A stretch of DNA of 64,000 bases from Azolla caroliniana. Taxonomy: Eukaryota > Plantae > Polypodiophyta. Location of the stretch: positions 4,340,001 to 4,404,000 of the forward strand of contig JBHGNT010000014.1 in the NCBI GenBank assembly GCA_043228905.1. Direction: 5' to 3'. The notes below the pieces were generated by a model, which made no database searches, was not told the origin of the DNA, and saw nothing but the letters and a program-made list of their open reading frames with translations. Both the position numbers and the translations under genes were made by a program. Positions within the stretch are counted from its first letter, which is position 1. Every line of letters starts with the position of its first letter. Below are positions 62,327-64,000 of this stretch, one piece after another.

Positions 62327-63352
62327 TGACGGGAACTAAACGCTCCGTATGCGCAATGCTCAGCCACAACTGAGCTTAGAATCATACACAGAAAACGGGA
62401 AAGGTGAAGACACAACACAGAGGAGAGAAAAGTATACAGGATGTTTAACGTGGAAAACCCTGAGAGGGAAAAAACCACGGGAGTCCACAGACTCCAAACT
62501 ATCACTATATCACAATGATTACAACAGTGAGCCCACGGAGGCAACGACCTCGCGCTCATGACCTTCGCCACAGGCAGCGGTTACAACAGAGGCAACGACG
62601 TCTTCCTCTCTCTCTCACTCTCTGTACACTGTTACACACACTCTCTTCTTACGCCAACAAGAATGACAACGACTACTACATAAAAGTTTGCCCTAAGTCA
62701 TATTTATACTAATATGACTTTTCGGCTATTTACAAATATAGCCTCGATGGACTCTCAGAAACATATTTATGAATATGTCTCTTCATCCGGTGAGCACTCC
62801 TCACCGGGTCTTCACCATCCGGCTCTCCGTAGCCAGGTACTCCTCATCCGGTTCTCACCGGGTCTGCACCATCTAGCTCTCCGTAGCCAGGTACTCCTCA
62901 TCCATTTCTCACCGGGTCTACACCATCCGGCTCTTCGTAGCCGGGTACTCCTCATCCGGTTCTCACCGGGTCTTCACCATCCGGCTCTCCGTAGCCGGGT
63001 ACTCCTCATCCGGTTCTCATCGGGTCTGCACCATCCGGCTCTCCGTAGCCGGGTACTCCTCATCCGGTTCTCACCGGGTCTGCACCATTCGGCTCTCCGT
63101 AATCGGGTACTCCTCATCCGGTTCTCACCGGGTCTGCACCATCCGGCTCTCCGTAGCCGGGTACTCCTCATCCGGTTCTCACTGGGTCTTCACCATCCGG
63201 CTCTCCGTAGCCGGGTACTCCTCATCCGGTTCTCACCGGGTTTGCACCATCCGGCCGGTTCTCACCGGGTCTGCACCATCCGGCTCTCCGTAGCCGGGTA
63301 CTCCTCATCCGGTTCTTCTCCCTTCCCATCTGGAGGGACCTGTCTCCCAACA
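62327..63352 (-). mobile_element. Copia-family solo LTR (1026 bp) with an expanded 42-bp U3 array
   Basis: Minus strand TGTTGGGAGAC...CCCGTCA; TSD CTTGC (62322-62326, 63353-63357); shares motifs with LTR 53186-53831. Confidence 0.93.
62785..63315 (+). repeat. 42-bp tandem repeat, ~12 copies
   Basis: Unit CATCCGGCTCTCCGTAGCCGGGTACTCCTCATCCGGTTCTCACCGGGTCTGCAC-like, built from CATCCGG subrepeats. Confidence 0.85.
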
Positions 63353-64000
63353 CTTGCCGACTTAAGAGACGAACTTGCCGCACAAGAAGCATTATGGAGC
63401 CGTGAATGCGACTTGAAGAAGGCGACTGAAGAAGATTTAAAGAAAACTACTGAGAACCTCCGCCGGGCAGAGGAAAACCTGCGTAAAGGACATCAAGCTT
63501 ATGACCGGCTAAAGGAGGAAAAAGAGAAATTGCTGCAGGAGAAAGACAAGCTGTGACGGATGGCAGAGACGGAAATCGAAAGGCTGAAGGAAGAACTCCA
63601 TCAACAGAAGGATCAGGAGGACCGCGCGCGCCGGCAGATCAACCAGAGGCTGAAGCAGAAGACCGATGATTTTGATCATCTACACCGGGACTACAAGCAG
63701 CTGGAGACGGAGTATAAGCAACAACAGGATAGGATGGCTGAGCTCCGGCAAGAAGTTGATAGGGCCACAACGGCACTCGCCGACGAACGAGCTGAGAATT
63801 CAAAGCTATTGGAGGAAGCGGCGATGGACCGGATGGAGCTCCACAAGCAGAACCATGAAGAAAAGGAAAGGGTGACAATGGTGTTACAGAGGTTGCAAAC
63901 AACCTATCAAAGTCAATTGTCGCATTATAGGGAGCAGGAGGCGGACATGGTCAGAATCATCAAGCAATTGAAAGAGGAGTGACAAGCCACGGAGAACAAA

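Larger units (their letters stand above)
60837..63982 (+). pseudogene. ORF2 homolog (N-terminal domain, linker, coiled coil), broken by stops and a solo LTR
   Basis: WLRQHGLEGFL..YFGEYSLASKGYRTQGG..PRPPVMP..IIATYE..DWP versus WLHERNLQGFI..YFGEYSPSAKAYQTYGG..PRFYCMP..IIAAYE..NWP; coiled coil resumes at 63358. Confidence 0.88.
59565..64000 (+). mobile_element. Decayed, 5'-truncated Athila-like element related to 11446-20833 (integrase end, A-tract, ORF2); runs off the window
   Basis: VVHKRSTPYYPQTNGLAESTNKTLQNILRKIVNENR..FGLEAVMPIEF and GKPVLVFQTRMGKMPGKLRFRWTGP closely match ORF 11962; many nonsense codons. Confidence 0.9.

Noticed and set aside
62714-63556. 280-aa repetitive ORF (HHPALRSRVLLIRFSPGL)n
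   Set aside because: It reads through the antisense of a solo-LTR repeat array into the interrupted ORF2; a chance open frame.

Overview
This is a eukaryotic land-plant nuclear window, not prokaryotic. The transposon lineages and (GA)n-rich LTRs suggest a seed-free plant such as a fern or moss, which is inference. About 80% is nested retroelements. These include two young full-length Ty1/Copia copies (3036-8363 +, intact; 48459-53831 -, mutated) and one intact Athila-like Ty3/Gypsy (11446-20833) with an extra 3' ORF. There is also a decayed relative of that element (59565-end), an older tRNA-Trp-primed Gypsy that is split by an inversion and carries a triplicated gag-protease block, plus Copia/Gypsy/LINE relics, solo LTRs and a hAT MITE. 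One host gene was found: a 4-exon, 95-aa ubiquitin-like Elongin-B-type gene (41103-43396). The most unusual object is the Athila-like element. It has no polypurine tract; the 44 nt before its 3' LTR form a tRNA-3'-end mimic ending in CCA that is complementary to its own PBS. Its Gag has three zinc knuckles and a Q/N-rich prion-like region. Its ~800-aa second ORF is non-env, coiled-coil, and conserved in the diverged sister element. Coordinates were counted by eye and may be off by a few bases.
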